Part shown: positions 9,112 to 18,424 of the stretch, piece after piece
How the letters are laid out: each line of letters begins with the position of its first letter
Position numbering within the stretch: position 1 is the stretch's first letter
NCBI GenBank assembly: GCA_001805105.1
Contig: MHEE01000015.1
Coordinates: forward strand, 208,778 to 272,777
Origin: Nitrospirae bacterium GWF2_44_13
GTDB lineage: Bacteria; Nitrospirota; Thermodesulfovibrionia; Thermodesulfovibrionales; UBA1546
Length of the DNA stretch: 64,000 nt
Direction of reading: 5' to 3'
The notes under the pieces: model-generated
Told to the model about the DNA's origin: nothing
What the model saw: the letters and a program-made list of their open reading frames with translations, nothing else
The model's database searches: none
Translations under genes and position numbers: made by a program

Positions 9112-11127
9112 ATGGCAAACATGATAAAACTTACGATAGACAGCAAGGAGATTCAGGCGCCTGAGGGCTCCAATCTCATTGATGCCGCTGAAACTGCGGG
9201 GATTCACATTCCCAATCTATGCTATTTAAAAGGCATGCCCGGCATTGGAGCTTGCAGGCTCTGCCTTGTAGAGATTGAAGGAGCAAAGGCGCCGGTGATT
9301 GCATGCAATACAAAGGTCAAGGAAGGCATAGTTGTCAATACCAAAACAGATAAAATAACGGAGACAAGAAAGTTTGTCATTGACCTTATTCTCTCTATGC
9401 ATCCGCTGGACTGCATGACATGCACAAAGGCAGGCGTCTGCAACCTTCAGCAGTATGCTTACGACTTTGGGCTTAAGGAATCCACTTTTACAAGAAAGAA
9501 ATTCGGGTTTTCAATAGACGAGGGGAATCCGTTCATAAAGCGCGACCCTGACTACTGTATCCTATGCGGCAGATGCGTCCGTGTATGCAGGCATCAGGGG
9601 ACCAATGTCCTTGACTTCATGGGCCGCGGCGTAGGCGCAAAGGTAATAACGGCAAACGACAAGCCCCTTCAGGAATCTTCATGCACCTTCTGCGGAAGCT
9701 GTGTTGACGCCTGCCCTGTTAATGCCCTGCTTGAAGCTGACAGGTGGAGAAAAGGAAGAGAATGGGAATACGAAAAAACAAAGTCAGTCTGCCTCCTCTG
9801 CGGAAACGGCTGCGATATATCAGTAAGCACAAAAGAAGGCAGAGTCGCAAAGATAAACTCAGGCGGAGCTGACGGCTCAGTTGAAAAATATATCTGCGCC
9901 TATGGCAGGTTCGGATTCGATTGCATAGAAGCAGAGACAAGGGTAACATCTCCGATGAAAAAAGTCGGGAATGAACTGAAAGAAACAACATGGGAAGACG
10001 CAATAAACATAGTTGCCGGAAAACTAAAAAAAGCAGGCGCATCAGCAGGCTTTGTAAGCACGGCAGGGATAATGAATGAGGATGCACTTGTCCTTAAACA
10101 GCTTGCTTCTACCATAAAGTCAAAGAATTTAGATACAACGGCAAGCCTTTATTCTGACGCCGATTCCCTGAAGAACGAGAGCGTTGATATTGATTCAGCA
10201 GACCTTATCATTCTTGCGGGACTGAATCCCAGCCAGTGGACAAGGGTATTGCCCGCGCTTGATGCAGCAGTAAGAAGGAGAGTGAATTCAGGCGCAAAGC
10301 TTATTGTGGTAAATTCAGGCGATACAAATATATCAGCAGTTGCGGCATTAAGCATCAAAGGTGATGAGGCAAAGATACTCTCCGAAATTGCGCAGGGAGT
10401 TATCTCAAAAGGCGCGAAGGTCCCAAAAGAGCTGGTTCATGCGCTCGCATCCGTTGATCCCTCGGATGATGCGATAAAAGGCGCAGAGCTATTCATGGCA
10501 GCGAATAACCCATTGATATTCGCCTCCCCTTCCCTTTACGATGCATCTGCAAATCTATCTTTGATAAAGGGCGCTGCTGTTGCGGTTCCAATTGAAAGCA
10601 ATGCAAAGGGCGTTGTATTAATGGGGATTGACGGCAAAGGGAAATCCTATAAAGAAATGGTCAACGAAGGCATGAGTGTTCTGTATGTAATCGGAGAGCT
10701 TCCTTTGAATAAGAGGCCTAAAACAGATTTTCTCGTAGTCCAGAACTCTCACCTGACAGAACTCGCGAAGCAGGCGGATGTGGTCCTTCCGTCAGCAGCG
10801 TTCCTTGAGGCGTCAGGGACAATGGTTGACTATATGGGAAGGCTTAAATGCCTCTGCAAGGCGATAGAGCCGGCAGGACAGGCAATGTCTCACAGGGAAA
10901 TATTAATGGCAGTCGCAAAAGCAGCCGGCATGGATATCAAGGAGCCAAAGGATGCAGACATAAAGAAGGCATTAAAGGCAAAACCAAAGGTTTCGCTTAA
11001 GCCTTTCAAGAAAAAAGAAGGTTTGGATGTGAATCCTCAGGAGATGATAGAGTCAATCAATGCATCTGTAATCAACGGCTCAAGGCTTCTCTGGCTCAAA
11101 GAATCTGAAAAGGCAGTGGCAGTTTAA
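9112..11127 (+). CDS. NuoG-like / truncated molybdopterin-oxidoreductase-like Fe-S subunit
   Basis: N-terminal 2Fe-2S (CRLC...C) and His/Cys 4Fe-4S (HPLDCMTCTKAGVCNLQ) motifs, then CILCGRCVRVC and CTFCGSCVDACP, then an MopB-type CLLCGNGCD cluster. No H-cluster motifs are seen. Confidence 0.75.
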   Translation: MANMIKLTIDSKEIQAPEGSNLIDAAETAGIHIPNLCYLKGMPGIGACRLCLVEIEGAKAPVIACNTKVKEGIVVNTKTDKITETRKFVIDLILSMHPLDCMTCTKAGVCNLQQYAYDFGLKESTFTRKKFGFSIDEGNPFIKRDPDYCILCGRCVRVCRHQGTNVLDFMGRGVGAKVITANDKPLQESSCTFCGSCVDACPVNALLEADRWRKGREWEYEKTKSVCLLCGNGCDISVSTKEGRVAKINSGGADGSVEKYICAYGRFGFDCIEAETRVTSPMKKVGNELKETTWEDAINIVAGKLKKAGASAGFVSTAGIMNEDALVLKQLASTIKSKNLDTTASLYSDADSLKNESVDIDSADLIILAGLNPSQWTRVLPALDAAVRRRVNSGAKLIVVNSGDTNISAVAALSIKGDEAKILSEIAQGVISKGAKVPKELVHALASVDPSDDAIKGAELFMAANNPLIFASPSLYDASANLSLIKGAAVAVPIESNAKGVVLMGIDGKGKSYKEMVNEGMSVLYVIGELPLNKRPKTDFLVVQNSHLTELAKQADVVLPSAAFLEASGTMVDYMGRLKCLCKAIEPAGQAMSHREILMAVAKAAGMDIKEPKDADIKKALKAKPKVSLKPFKKKEGLDVNPQEMIESINASVINGSRLLWLKESEKAVAV

Positions 11128-11128
11128 C

Positions 11129-11437
11129 TCAGCCGCCAATAACTGCGGTGTCTGCTTCTAATGCCTCGGCTATCTCACGCTTAACAATTGGATAGGTTAC
11201 CGAATTCCATGCGTCGCCAAAATGAGTGGAAAGCAAATGCAAGGCATCCGGGTCATCAGTTTCAATAATCAAAATGATTTTCAAAGGCGATATTCCTAAC
11301 ACTTCGTATCTGTTAATTGCTTTACACTTCTGCTGAAAAATCCTGTCCCTGCCCTTTTTCAGCCATTCCATTCTTTCGCGATTGATCTCTGATCTGGTAA
11401 TGCCCTCTTTGGCATCAAAGATAGAAACATACCACAT
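11129..11437 (-). CDS. Hypothetical small protein (102 aa)
   Basis: Clean ORF with SD AAGGAGG upstream. It is convergent with, and abuts, the NuoG-like gene. No family recognised. Confidence 0.5.
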   Translation of the reverse strand: MWYVSIFDAKEGITRSEINRERMEWLKKGRDRIFQQKCKAINRYEVLGISPLKIILIIETDDPDALHLLSTHFGDAWNSVTYPIVKREIAEALEADTAVIGG

Positions 11438-11611
11438 CTTAACCCTCCTTAATTTATGGTTTCTAACATTACCTTATCGCTATTTTTCGCTGCTGTCAAC
11501 TTTAATATAAATAATGTTAAAAAGTTTATTCCCCTTTGCCTTGATTGGGAAAAATAAATTATAATATGACTTCCAGATAATACTTTCTAAAATTTTTAAA
11601 GGAGATTAAAA

Positions 11612-12562
11612 ATGTTCAGGCCGGAAATCAAGGTTATAGACTGCTCCGTACGTGACGGCGGTTTAATGAATAAGTGGCAGTTTGACGACGCCTTTGTCTG
11701 CAAGGTTTATACGGCTTGCACAGAGGCAGGCGTAGATTACATGGAGATCGGTTATCTGAGTTCGGAAACCGCTTTTTCACGGGATGAGGTAGGTCCCTGG
11801 AAATTTTGCGCTGAAGCGGATATTCAGCGCATTATCGGCAACAGTGAAAAAAAGATTAAGCTTTCCGCAATGGCCGACATCGGCAGGATCGAATATCACG
11901 ACATCCCGCATAAATCCGAGAGCGCACTGGACATGATACGGGTTGCATGTTATGCGCATCAGACCGACGCTGCCATAGGCCTGGCGCATCACTGCATCGA
12001 CAAAGGGTATGAGACAACCATTAATCTCATGGCTGTGTCCACCGTGGGACTGCGGGAACTGGATGAAGCGCTTGACGATCTCTCTAAAAGCCGGGTGCCT
12101 ATAGTTTATGTTGTGGACAGCTTCGGCGCTTTTTATTCCGAGGACATAGATCTGCTTGCAAAAAAATACATGGAGCGCCTGCCCGGCAAGACCATAGGAA
12201 TCCATTGCCATAACAACCAGCAGCTGGCATTTGCAAATACCATATCCGCTATCATCTCCGGCATCAATTATCTTGATGCCAGTTTATATGGCATTGGGCG
12301 CGGAGCCGGCAACTGTCCTCTGGAACTTCTTATTGCATTCCTGAAGAATCCCAAGTTTAAAGTGCGCCCGCTTATTGAGGCCATTGAGGCAGAAATCCTT
12401 CCGTGGCAGGAAAAAATTGATTGGGGATACTACATTCCTTACATGGTCACAGGCGTATTGAACCAGCACCCGCGCACTGCCATGGCGCACATGGAGTCAG
12501 ACAAAAAGAATAAAGTTACACAATTCTTTGATCAGATGGCCAATTCCACCGAGCTGGAATAG
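11612..12562 (+). CDS. HMGL-like / pyruvate carboxyltransferase-fold aldolase family protein
   Basis: N-terminus VIDCSVRDGG and an HCHNN metal-binding motif typical of the DRE-TIM metallolyase family. SD AAAGGAG lies upstream. Confidence 0.7.
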   Translation: MFRPEIKVIDCSVRDGGLMNKWQFDDAFVCKVYTACTEAGVDYMEIGYLSSETAFSRDEVGPWKFCAEADIQRIIGNSEKKIKLSAMADIGRIEYHDIPHKSESALDMIRVACYAHQTDAAIGLAHHCIDKGYETTINLMAVSTVGLRELDEALDDLSKSRVPIVYVVDSFGAFYSEDIDLLAKKYMERLPGKTIGIHCHNNQQLAFANTISAIISGINYLDASLYGIGRGAGNCPLELLIAFLKNPKFKVRPLIEAIEAEILPWQEKIDWGYYIPYMVTGVLNQHPRTAMAHMESDKKNKVTQFFDQMANSTELE

Positions 12563-12594
12563 AAAGATGCATGGCAACCCGCGGTCCGTTGCGC

Positions 12595-12960
12595 TTATTC
12601 GGGGCTGATTTTCTTCAGGATTTCAATTACCTTGTCTTCCTCAAAAGGTTTCAGGATATAATGATTGGCCCCTGCTTTCAGGCATTCTTTTACCCGGTCC
12701 ATTGAATCGAGCGCACTGACCATTATTATCTTCAGTTCCTTATTCATGGATCTTAGCATTCTCAGGGCTTCTATGCCGCCAAGCTGCGGCATGATGATAT
12801 CAAGCATGATGATGTCAGGAGACAGGGAATTGCAGAGCTTTATGGCCTCTGTGCCGCTTGACGCCTCTCCAACAACCGTGTAGTTATTTTTTTCAAGAAT
12901 CTCTCGGAGAGCTTTACGCACCTGCTGAGAATCGTCTGCAATCAATATCTTCTTTGACAT
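12595..12960 (-). CDS. CheY-like single-domain response regulator
   Basis: Canonical receiver residues: ADDS, IIMLDIIMP (phospho-Asp), MVSA and KPF. Confidence 0.9.
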   Translation of the reverse strand: MSKKILIADDSQQVRKALREILEKNNYTVVGEASSGTEAIKLCNSLSPDIIMLDIIMPQLGGIEALRMLRSMNKELKIIMVSALDSMDRVKECLKAGANHYILKPFEEDKVIEILKKISPE

Positions 12961-12984
12961 AGGCCATTATACCATCACACAAAA

Positions 12985-14688
12985 TTATTTTGTTTCCTTT
13001 GTCACTCTGAGAAGCTCTTCAACACTTGTTATTCCTTCAATCACTTTTTTGATGCCGTCGAAACGCATATCTTTGTATCCGATCTTTGCCGCCGCTTCCC
13101 TCAACGCGGCAACAGAGGCTTTCTGGGTAATTAGCTCTCTTATTCGTTCATCCACAACCAGTATCTCGTGGATAGCGGTCCTTCCTGAATATCCTGTATG
13201 CTTGCAATTATCACAGCCCATTCCCTTATAGAATTTCAATCCTTCAATAGCTATGTCAAGGCCGGCTGCCTTCAATTCGTTTTTTGACGGAGTGTAAGCC
13301 TCTTTGCACTTTGTGCATATCTTTCTCATTAGCCTCTGGCCAACAATGCCTATAAGAGACGGCGCAAGCAGGAACGGCTCAACACCCATGTCAGTGAGGC
13401 GAGTTATTGAGCTGGGCGCATCATTAGTATGCAATGTGCTGAGAACAAGATGTCCTGTAAGCGCTGATTCGGCGGCAATCGCCGCTGTTTCAGGATCTCT
13501 TATCTCTCCGATCATGATGATATCAGGGTCCTGTCTGAGAATGGCCCTCAGGGCATTGGCAAAAGTGACATCTTTTTTCGGATTTACCTGCATCTGATTT
13601 ATAATCGGCAGCTGGTATTCAATCGGGTCTTCAACAGTTATTATGTTTTTCTCTACAGAGCTTATTTCATGAAGCGCGGCATACAAAGTTGTCGTCTTGC
13701 CGCTTCCCGTAGGCCCGGTAACAAGCACTATGCCGTAGGGCTCATTTATGAGCTCAAGAAAAGTTTTGTGATTTTTTTCTGAAAAATCAAGAGCATCAAT
13801 GCTTACCCTTACATTGGCCCTGTTCAGCAGCCTCATCACCGCTTTTTCGCCGTAGAGCGTTGGTATGCATGAAACCCTGATGTCTATTTCCTTTTTGTCT
13901 ACTTTTATCTTTATTCTGCCGTCCTGCGGCTTCTGTTTTTCAGAGATATCCATCTCGGAAAGTATCTTAATCCTTGACAAAATCCCGGGATGCATTTTCA
14001 TGGGATATGTGCCTGTGTCCCTCAGAATCCCGTCAATCCTGACTCTGACAGAAAGACTGGTTTCATGCGGCTCTACATGAATATCGCTTGCATTATCTTC
14101 AACTGCCTCTATTATTATTCTGTCGACAATTTTTACAATGGGAAGGTCGGCTCCTGACATCTTTATTTCTTCTATTTCAGCCCTGCTTATTGAAGTCGGA
14201 GACAGTTTCAATGCTTTTTCACTGCTTTCTGTCTCAACTTTCATAAAATAATGCCTGTTTATCGCTTTTGAGATGTCAGAAGGAGTCGATATAACAGGGA
14301 TTACCCTGCATCGGGCTTCGGCGGCGACGAGATCTATAACAAGAATGTCAGTCGGGTCAGATACGGCAAGCGTAAGCTCATTGCCAACCTTGAAAAGAGG
14401 CATGATATTATATTTCTTTGCAAGGGTTTCTGAAATCACGGCAGTCACTTCGGGTTTTATCCTGAGGCCTTCAATCCGCATCACAGGCAGGTTGTATTGT
14501 GCGCCAAGAACATTGGCAATATCAACTTCAGCAGCATACCCGAGAGAAATAAGATAACTTCCTAATTTTTGATTGTCTGCGCTGTGTTTCTTTTGTTCTT
14601 TGAGGGCGGTATCAAGCTGGCCCTGGCCGATAATCCCCCTTTCCACAAGGATTTCGCCAATTTTCAGATCGTCTTCTCTTGAAAACAT
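12985..14688 (-). CDS. GspE/PilB/MshE-family secretion ATPase with an N-terminal MshEN (c-di-GMP-binding type) domain
   Basis: Walker A GPTGSGKTT, Asp/His boxes, and a C-terminal tetracysteine CTKC...CDNC. The N-terminus carries two 24-residue MshEN-like motifs, KIGEILVERGIIGQGQLDTALKEQ and KLGSYLISLGYAAEVDIANVLGAQ. Confidence 0.88.
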   Translation of the reverse strand: MFSREDDLKIGEILVERGIIGQGQLDTALKEQKKHSADNQKLGSYLISLGYAAEVDIANVLGAQYNLPVMRIEGLRIKPEVTAVISETLAKKYNIMPLFKVGNELTLAVSDPTDILVIDLVAAEARCRVIPVISTPSDISKAINRHYFMKVETESSEKALKLSPTSISRAEIEEIKMSGADLPIVKIVDRIIIEAVEDNASDIHVEPHETSLSVRVRIDGILRDTGTYPMKMHPGILSRIKILSEMDISEKQKPQDGRIKIKVDKKEIDIRVSCIPTLYGEKAVMRLLNRANVRVSIDALDFSEKNHKTFLELINEPYGIVLVTGPTGSGKTTTLYAALHEISSVEKNIITVEDPIEYQLPIINQMQVNPKKDVTFANALRAILRQDPDIIMIGEIRDPETAAIAAESALTGHLVLSTLHTNDAPSSITRLTDMGVEPFLLAPSLIGIVGQRLMRKICTKCKEAYTPSKNELKAAGLDIAIEGLKFYKGMGCDNCKHTGYSGRTAIHEILVVDERIRELITQKASVAALREAAAKIGYKDMRFDGIKKVIEGITSVEELLRVTKETK

Positions 14689-14696
14689 TGCTGTGC

Positions 14697-15077
14697 TCAG
14701 TCGTTCCCCTTTTCAAACATCCTGTCAAGCGCATCCTGAGATAGCTCACCTGCTTCTGTGGTTTCCTTCTTTTTGATTTTTTTCTCTTTCTTGTCCGGCT
14801 GGGAGCCAATCAGTTCTTTAATATCTTCTGCAGTATATTTTGCCGACGTGAATATCCCCGCTGCTGATGGTGTGTTTTCTCCTACTCCTTCCGGCAAGGG
14901 TGCTGCCCCGAGCATCTCGGGACTCATTGATAAGCCGCAGCCTCCGCAATACTTGTCTCCAAATGAATTGTGAAAACCGCACTTCCTGCAGAAGTTGGCT
15001 ATTAAAGCGCCGCACTCCCTGCAGAATTTTCTTCTGTCAGGATTCTCAGCCTTACATTTCAAACATATAAGTGTCAT
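14697..15077 (-). CDS. Double zinc-ribbon protein with an acidic/lysine-rich tail
   Basis: CLKC...CREC...CRKC...CGGC arrangement in the first 50 aa. It lies 8 nt upstream of the GspE-like gene. Confidence 0.65.
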   Translation of the reverse strand: MTLICLKCKAENPDRRKFCRECGALIANFCRKCGFHNSFGDKYCGGCGLSMSPEMLGAAPLPEGVGENTPSAAGIFTSAKYTAEDIKELIGSQPDKKEKKIKKKETTEAGELSQDALDRMFEKGND

Positions 15078-15141
15078 TCTTGATTACGATTATATCAGAC
15101 CAATGCTGTTTAGTAAATCAGTATAATTAAGCTTATATCCC

Positions 15142-16572
15142 TTATTTCTTAACATCCCCTTCCCTCAAAAACCTGTTTATATCTGCCGCAGCCCTTTTCC
15201 CTGCGCCCATTGCGCTTATTACAGTTGCAGAGCCTGTTACAACATCGCCTCCAGCCCAGAGCCTTTCCCTTGATGTCCTGCCCGTCTCATTGTCAGCAAC
15301 AACAGTCCCCTTATTCGTCCTTCTGAGATTTGCGTTATTGGTAAATACCACGGGATTCGGGCTTGTTCCGAGAGCCATTATCACAGTGTCAACATCTATG
15401 GTAAATTCAGAATTTGCCAAAGGAACAGGTTTTTTTCTTCCTGAAGCGTCAGCATCCCCAAGCTTTATCCTGATACATTTTATCTCTGTCACGTTCCCGT
15501 CAATGTCACCAAATATCTCTACGGGGATTGTGAGGAAGTCAAAGATTATCCCTTCTTCCTCTGCATGATGAAATTCCTCTAATCTTGCAGGAACCTCATC
15601 ACAAGACCTTCTGTAAATAACATGAACCTCTCCTGATTTCATTCCCATTGATTTCTGAAGCCTCACAGCGCACCGCGCTGAATCCATCGCAACGTTCCCC
15701 GCTCCTATTACAGCTATGCGCCCGCCAATCCTTACGGGAGTGTCATATTCAGGAAAACGATATGCCTTCATAAGATTAATCCTCGTGAGAAACTCATTGG
15801 CAGACATGACACCGCTGTAATTTATTCCCGGTATTTTCATGAAATTAGGAAGCCCTGCGCCGGTGCCTATAAAAATAGCGTCATACTCTTCGAGAAGCTC
15901 ATCAAGCGTAATTGTCCTGCCGATAATATGGTCTGTCTTTATCTCTATGCCGAGGCACTGAACAGCATAATCTATCTCTGAATGAACGACCGGCTTTGGA
16001 AGCCTGAATTCCGGGATGCCGTATATGAGAACCCCCCCTGCTGAATGGAGAGATTCAAATATCGTAACTTTGTGCCCTTCCCTGCCAAGGTCCACAGCAC
16101 ATGCAATGCCCGCTGGGCCTGAGCCCACTACAGCAACTTTCTTCCCTGTATCATGCGGCTTAACCATCGGGCACGTTCTGCGGCGAAGCTCATAATCTCC
16201 AATATACCTTTCGAGCCTTCCTATTGCGAGAGGCTCGCCTGTCTTCCCTAATATGCAGTTTCCCTCGCACTGATTTTCCTGAGGGCATACGCGGCCGCAG
16301 ACAGCAGGCAGATTGTTCTTTATCTTCATAACCCTTATGGACTCGTTTATGTCTCCTTCACGCAGAGCCTTGATAAACTGCGGGATGAGTACTCCTACGG
16401 GGCATCCTTCTACGCATTTAGGTTTTTTACACTGAAGACAGCGCTCTGCTTCCTTAACGGCAAGAGCTTCCGGTAAACCCAGAGACACCTCTTCAAAGTT
16501 ACCCCTTCTAATCAGCTCATCCAGCAAAGGCATCTCCTGCCTTGGTATTTTCATCCGCTCCTGTTTTGTCAT
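15142..16572 (-). CDS. nfnB: NfnB / GltD-like NADPH-dependent oxidoreductase large subunit (2x[4Fe-4S], FAD)
   Basis: 476 aa glutamate-synthase small-chain fold with VAVVGSGPAG and AIGAGNVAMD. It overlaps the upstream nfnA-like gene by 4 nt. Confidence 0.8.
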   Translation of the reverse strand: MTKQERMKIPRQEMPLLDELIRRGNFEEVSLGLPEALAVKEAERCLQCKKPKCVEGCPVGVLIPQFIKALREGDINESIRVMKIKNNLPAVCGRVCPQENQCEGNCILGKTGEPLAIGRLERYIGDYELRRRTCPMVKPHDTGKKVAVVGSGPAGIACAVDLGREGHKVTIFESLHSAGGVLIYGIPEFRLPKPVVHSEIDYAVQCLGIEIKTDHIIGRTITLDELLEEYDAIFIGTGAGLPNFMKIPGINYSGVMSANEFLTRINLMKAYRFPEYDTPVRIGGRIAVIGAGNVAMDSARCAVRLQKSMGMKSGEVHVIYRRSCDEVPARLEEFHHAEEEGIIFDFLTIPVEIFGDIDGNVTEIKCIRIKLGDADASGRKKPVPLANSEFTIDVDTVIMALGTSPNPVVFTNNANLRRTNKGTVVADNETGRTSRERLWAGGDVVTGSATVISAMGAGKRAAADINRFLREGDVKK

Positions 16573-17462
16573 TTGTCCTTATCCACGTTTAGAGATTTAT
16601 TTCTAACGGGGTTATCCCCTGATACAGCCTTATCCAGATTGCAGATATGCTCCCATCTCTCGGAAGCTATGCGTTCTTCATTCAGGTATATTCTCTGCCT
16701 TGAAAAAAGGCTGTCCCAGTCAATCTTATGGCCATCGAACTCAGGGCCGTCAACACATACGAACTTTGCGCCCTCATCAAGAAGCACCCTGCATCCTCCG
16801 CACATGCCGGTGCCGTCTATCATTATCGTATTAAGGCTAACAACTGTGGGCACATTAAATTCTTTTGTAAGCATAGAGACAAACTTCATCATTATTGCAG
16901 GGCCTATCGCCCAGACATGAGAGATATTCTTTGCGCTCAGGATCTCCTTCAACGGCTCAGTGACAACTGCCTTTCTTCCATAAGAGCCGTCATCTGTGCA
17001 GACGATAAGCTCATCAGATACGGTTCTTATCCTCTCTTCCCAGAATAAGAGTCCTTTATTCCGCGCGCCTATTATGGAGATAACATTGTTCCCCGCTTCT
17101 TTCAGCGCTTTTGCAATAGGATAAACCGGAGCTATCCCTACACCCCCTGCCACACAGATGACAGTGCCGTATCTTTTAATCTCTGTCGGATGTCCCATCG
17201 GGCCTGCAAATGTAGCGAGTTTACCTCCTGCATTGAGGGCGCCGAGATGCTTTGTAGATTTTCCAACTTCCTGAAAGATTATCGTAACTGTGCCTGCATT
17301 GCGGTCAAAATCAGCGATGGTTAAAGGAACCCTTTCTCCGAAATCATCTATTCTCACGATCACAAACTGGCCGGCGCTCGCCTTTCTTGCAACATGGGGC
17401 GCCTCTATGACCATGAGCTTGACTGCATCGTTAAGTATTTGTTTTTCCAAAATGGTATACAA
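16569..17462 (-). CDS. nfnA: NfnA / sulfide-dehydrogenase-B-like FAD/NAD-binding subunit with a C-terminal 2Fe-2S site
   Basis: Ferredoxin-NADP reductase-like fold (GQFVIVR, AGGVGIAP) plus MCGGCRV...C. Confidence 0.8.
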   Translation of the reverse strand: MYTILEKQILNDAVKLMVIEAPHVARKASAGQFVIVRIDDFGERVPLTIADFDRNAGTVTIIFQEVGKSTKHLGALNAGGKLATFAGPMGHPTEIKRYGTVICVAGGVGIAPVYPIAKALKEAGNNVISIIGARNKGLLFWEERIRTVSDELIVCTDDGSYGRKAVVTEPLKEILSAKNISHVWAIGPAIMMKFVSMLTKEFNVPTVVSLNTIMIDGTGMCGGCRVLLDEGAKFVCVDGPEFDGHKIDWDSLFSRQRIYLNEERIASERWEHICNLDKAVSGDNPVRNKSLNVDKDK

Positions 17463-17632
17463 GAAAAGCCTCCATGGTAAAATCTATCTATATTTAATCA
17501 TTCTAAGCCTTTTCATATTTTAATAACTCAAGCCCAAGATTTACAACCAATAACTTCATTTAAACAGGCTTATTCAGGGCAGATTCAGAGATTGAGTTTT
17601 ATGGCCGGAATCAGCTAAACTGAATAACAAAA

Positions 17633-18394
17633 ATGGACTCAACGAATTCCCTGAATATTTATAACATAAAGGTTCCTATTTTCGAAGGCCCCCTTGACCT
17701 TCTGCTCCATCTTATCAAAGAAAACAAGGTGGACATCTATGACATTCCTATCGCAGTAATCACAGGGCAGTATCTTCAGTACCTTGAGATGATGGAAGAA
17801 CTGAACCTTGACGTGGCAGGCGATTTCCTTGTTATGGCAGCTACACTCATACATATCAAATCAAGGATGCTTCTCCCTGTTGATGAAGAAGCTCCCGGAG
17901 AGGAAGAAGACCCGAGACTTGAACTAATCCAGCGGCTTCTTGAATATCAGGCATTCAAAGACGCATCTCTCGGCTTAAGAGAAAAAGAAGAGGAATGGAT
18001 GAACATTTTCCATAGAGAACCTGTCAAAGATGAGGAGGCTGAAGCAGAATCCACAGAGCCTGAACTTTATCTGTTTGACGTCAACCTCTTTGACCTTCTC
18101 GGCGCATTTAAAAAGATTCTTAACACCGCGCCTCCGGAGGCAGTCAGGATAACAAGAGAGGCTTTGACTGTAAAAGACAAGATTTCTCATATCATGGAAA
18201 TGCTTGAGCATAATGACACAGTAAGGTTTGAAGACCTCTTTAAGGAAGACAGGTCAAGGGTTCAGATTGTAGTTACATTTGTCGCCCTCCTTGAACTGAT
18301 AAGGCTGGGCCTGATCAGGGCCTATCAGGAAAATGATTTTGGGAATATATGGGTAATAAATCCTCAAAGGAAAGAGGCGCAAACCCAGCCTTAA
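17633..18394 (+). CDS. scpA: Segregation and condensation protein A
   Basis: N-terminus FEGPLDLLLHLIKENKVDIYDIPIA is the ScpA signature. 253 aa. Confidence 0.88.
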   Translation: MDSTNSLNIYNIKVPIFEGPLDLLLHLIKENKVDIYDIPIAVITGQYLQYLEMMEELNLDVAGDFLVMAATLIHIKSRMLLPVDEEAPGEEEDPRLELIQRLLEYQAFKDASLGLREKEEEWMNIFHREPVKDEEAEAESTEPELYLFDVNLFDLLGAFKKILNTAPPEAVRITREALTVKDKISHIMEMLEHNDTVRFEDLFKEDRSRVQIVVTFVALLELIRLGLIRAYQENDFGNIWVINPQRKEAQTQP

Positions 18395-18424
18395 GATTTG
18401 AATTTTTTAGAATAAACTGTTAAA

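Noticed and set aside
9112-11127. Calling the 671-aa protein an [FeFe]-hydrogenase or a selenocysteine formate dehydrogenase
   Set aside because: No H-cluster motifs (TSCCP, MPCxxK, ExMACxxGC) and no in-frame TGA with a downstream hairpin were seen. The protein is too short for a full FdhA.
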